The position numbers were made by a program, and so were the translations under genes. The notes beneath the pieces were generated by a model. It was not told the origin of the DNA, searched no databases, and worked only from the letters and a program-made list of their open reading frames with translations. This document shows, one piece after another, positions 61,987 to 64,000 of a DNA stretch of 64,000 nt (positions are counted from its first letter, which is position 1; every line of letters starts with the position of its first letter). Source of the DNA: Owenia fusiformis (taxonomy: Eukaryota); assembly GCA_903813345.2 (NCBI GenBank), contig CAIIXF020000001.1, forward strand, positions 35,464,001 through 35,528,000. The letters run 5' to 3'.

Positions 61987-63320
61987 CCCCGTCAATGCGA
62001 GAGCCGATTAAATCGGCTCTGACGTCACATTTGTGTTTGCGAGAGCCGATTAAATCGGCTCTGAAAAACCTTTGCTTCAGTGCTAAAGCCGATGAGATCG
62101 GCTTTACGTCATTCCCATGTAAAAGGGGATTCCCCTCAGTAATTATGTAAGACATGCAGATCTTCACAAATAAACATGATATTGTATGTCTAAAACAATA
62201 AATATTTCGAAACACTGTGCTTGTTTGTTCATTTTTCTCAACTTGATCGAGTTTTTAAAAACAGGAAAAATAAAAACAAATTTTCAAACAAATATTTGGC
62301 GGGAAAAATGGCGGCACTAAATGACGATGGCAGTGATTTTTATTGAGAGCCTATTTGATAGTGATTCTGATCTCTCTGGTGTCCGAAGCAAGTCAGATGA
62401 TGAAGGGAATATTCCCATACCTTGTAATCAGTGAAGATGTGTCCCTGGACCTCGGCAATCAAAGGAAAGATTACAATTTGATAAGGTAAATAGCCCGGGA
62501 GGACCAGAAAAATTCCAGTCAAGATTTTTTTTTGAGTTGTGTCAATTATAATCGACATTGTAAGTTATCAGCTGAATTATTTGAACTGAATTATTTTCAT
62601 CTAACTATTAGATGAATACTATTATCGAACATATTTTATTTAGAGTGTAAATAGAGCAAATAACATACTTGGAAAACTAAGTCACATGACTTGATCATGG
62701 TGATCATGTGACATTCAAAATGGCGCCATCCAGGTTAAAAATGAACAAATTTGCTCTTCAATATATCGCATATTCTTGAGGGATCATTGTCTTTTTGCAA
62801 TGTAATGACACAGAGAAAGGTACTGTATGTATATCTGATAACAAATATTTATTGATTTTATGATATTTATGGCTCTATAGTGTCTAAACCACTAATGAAC
62901 CGCAGAATTCATGAATTTTTTTTCAATTTTATTTTTGATTTTCTTATTGTTTCTTTATCATTTCATTGTACTATTTCATTGCACTGTTTCATTGCCATGG
63001 ACAATGCAATACATATACATTACTAGTATACCGAATACTCCTTTACATTGACGTGTATGGCTATGTACAATATCCATGCATCTAGAGCTGATAGCAAACT
63101 TTTTCAAAGACAAATACAGTTGGGAATTACCTTCTTCTAAGGCCACTACATGTATATCGTGAGAATTGGCTTGAGACTCGAGTGGACAGGTGGATTTTCT
63201 ATCACCAACCATGGCCATCTGAAAGCCCATACTTTCCAACATTTTTAACATTGGAAATCCTCACTTCAGCAAATCCACCTGTCATTTATTTATGTTCCAA
63301 TCTGTGTCAGATGTTTTTAA
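61987..63320 (+). mobile_element. Decayed piggyBac-like element (left end and transposase remnants); right end not seen
   Basis: TTAA|CCCC start, palindromes AGAGCCGATTAAATCGGCTCT at 62000-62020 and 62042-62062, broken acidic N-terminus (MAALNDDGSDF / ESLFDSDSDLS...SDDE) near 62308-62410, VPICVRCF* at 63294-63320 resembling the Cys-rich tail. Confidence 0.45.
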
Positions 63321-64000
63321 TTGAATTACAGTAATGTTGTATTTCAGTCCAGTTTTGCCTTAGTTGTCCCACCTCAATTTATTTTTTTAATCCCTGCTTT
63401 GACTACAACATAGTCAGTCACTGAATACTGTTGTGAACTTCATGTATAGCTGACAATATATGTTTTAGGAACCAGACAAAGCAAACAATACCAAATGCCG
63501 CATCAATGATATTTACTTTGATTAATACATGGATGGAGTTTGGGATCATATGACTGCTGAAAGTACAGTGTAATGTTATGCTGAACAACTGCAATGTACA
63601 GGTAGGCAATTAAACAGTGTTTCAGTGTTTACCAATATTACTAAAGTATAGTACATAATTGCAATTTATGTACATGTACAAGCTTTATGATATTGATTAT
63701 AATTAATGTAGTATAGTACAATACAATGTACTGTTTTACAATACATTACAACATGTACAAAAGTGTTTAACAGTATGTGTTCAGCATGAAGGTCATATTT
63801 GTATATCAAAAGGGATGTACCAATAATTTTTTATCTACTGTATTCATACAGGTAGTTATACAGTACCTGTACCCGTAACATGGGTGAAGCCAAACTTGAG
63901 ACAGGTGAGGCTTTTGCCTCACCACCATTTTTCAGGAAAACATTTATTTGGACAATATGTGTATATTAAGTCTGTGAAGATAAAGGAAAGCACATTATTC

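Overview
AT-rich animal genomic DNA with spliceosomal introns, probably a lophotrochozoan such as a mollusc (inferred from the SoxH gene and repeat types). Six protein genes are present: the 3' part of a V-ATPase V0 subunit a gene (+, to 13925), calcyphosin-like CAPSL (-), MTAP (+), an intronless SoxH/Sox30-type HMG-box gene nested on the SAME strand in MTAP intron 6, coatomer alpha COPA (-, 23 coding exons), and exon 1 of a DGCR6/gdl-like gene (+). CAPSL/MTAP and COPA/DGCR6 are head-to-head pairs. The most striking hidden structure is tandem exon duplication. The V-ATPase gene has two pairs of mutually exclusive exons, one with a candidate docking/selector RNA pairing. CAPSL has three alternative last exons that swap half of its last EF-hand. 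COPA has a diverged copy of exon 5. Introns are packed with non-autonomous DNA transposons (Helentron/HINE, CACTA, hAT, Tc1/pogo, Kolobok-like, P-like, Transib-like, piggyBac-like), including a multi-level nest in COPA intron 1. Gene models were read by hand from splice sites and remembered homologues; no searches were run.
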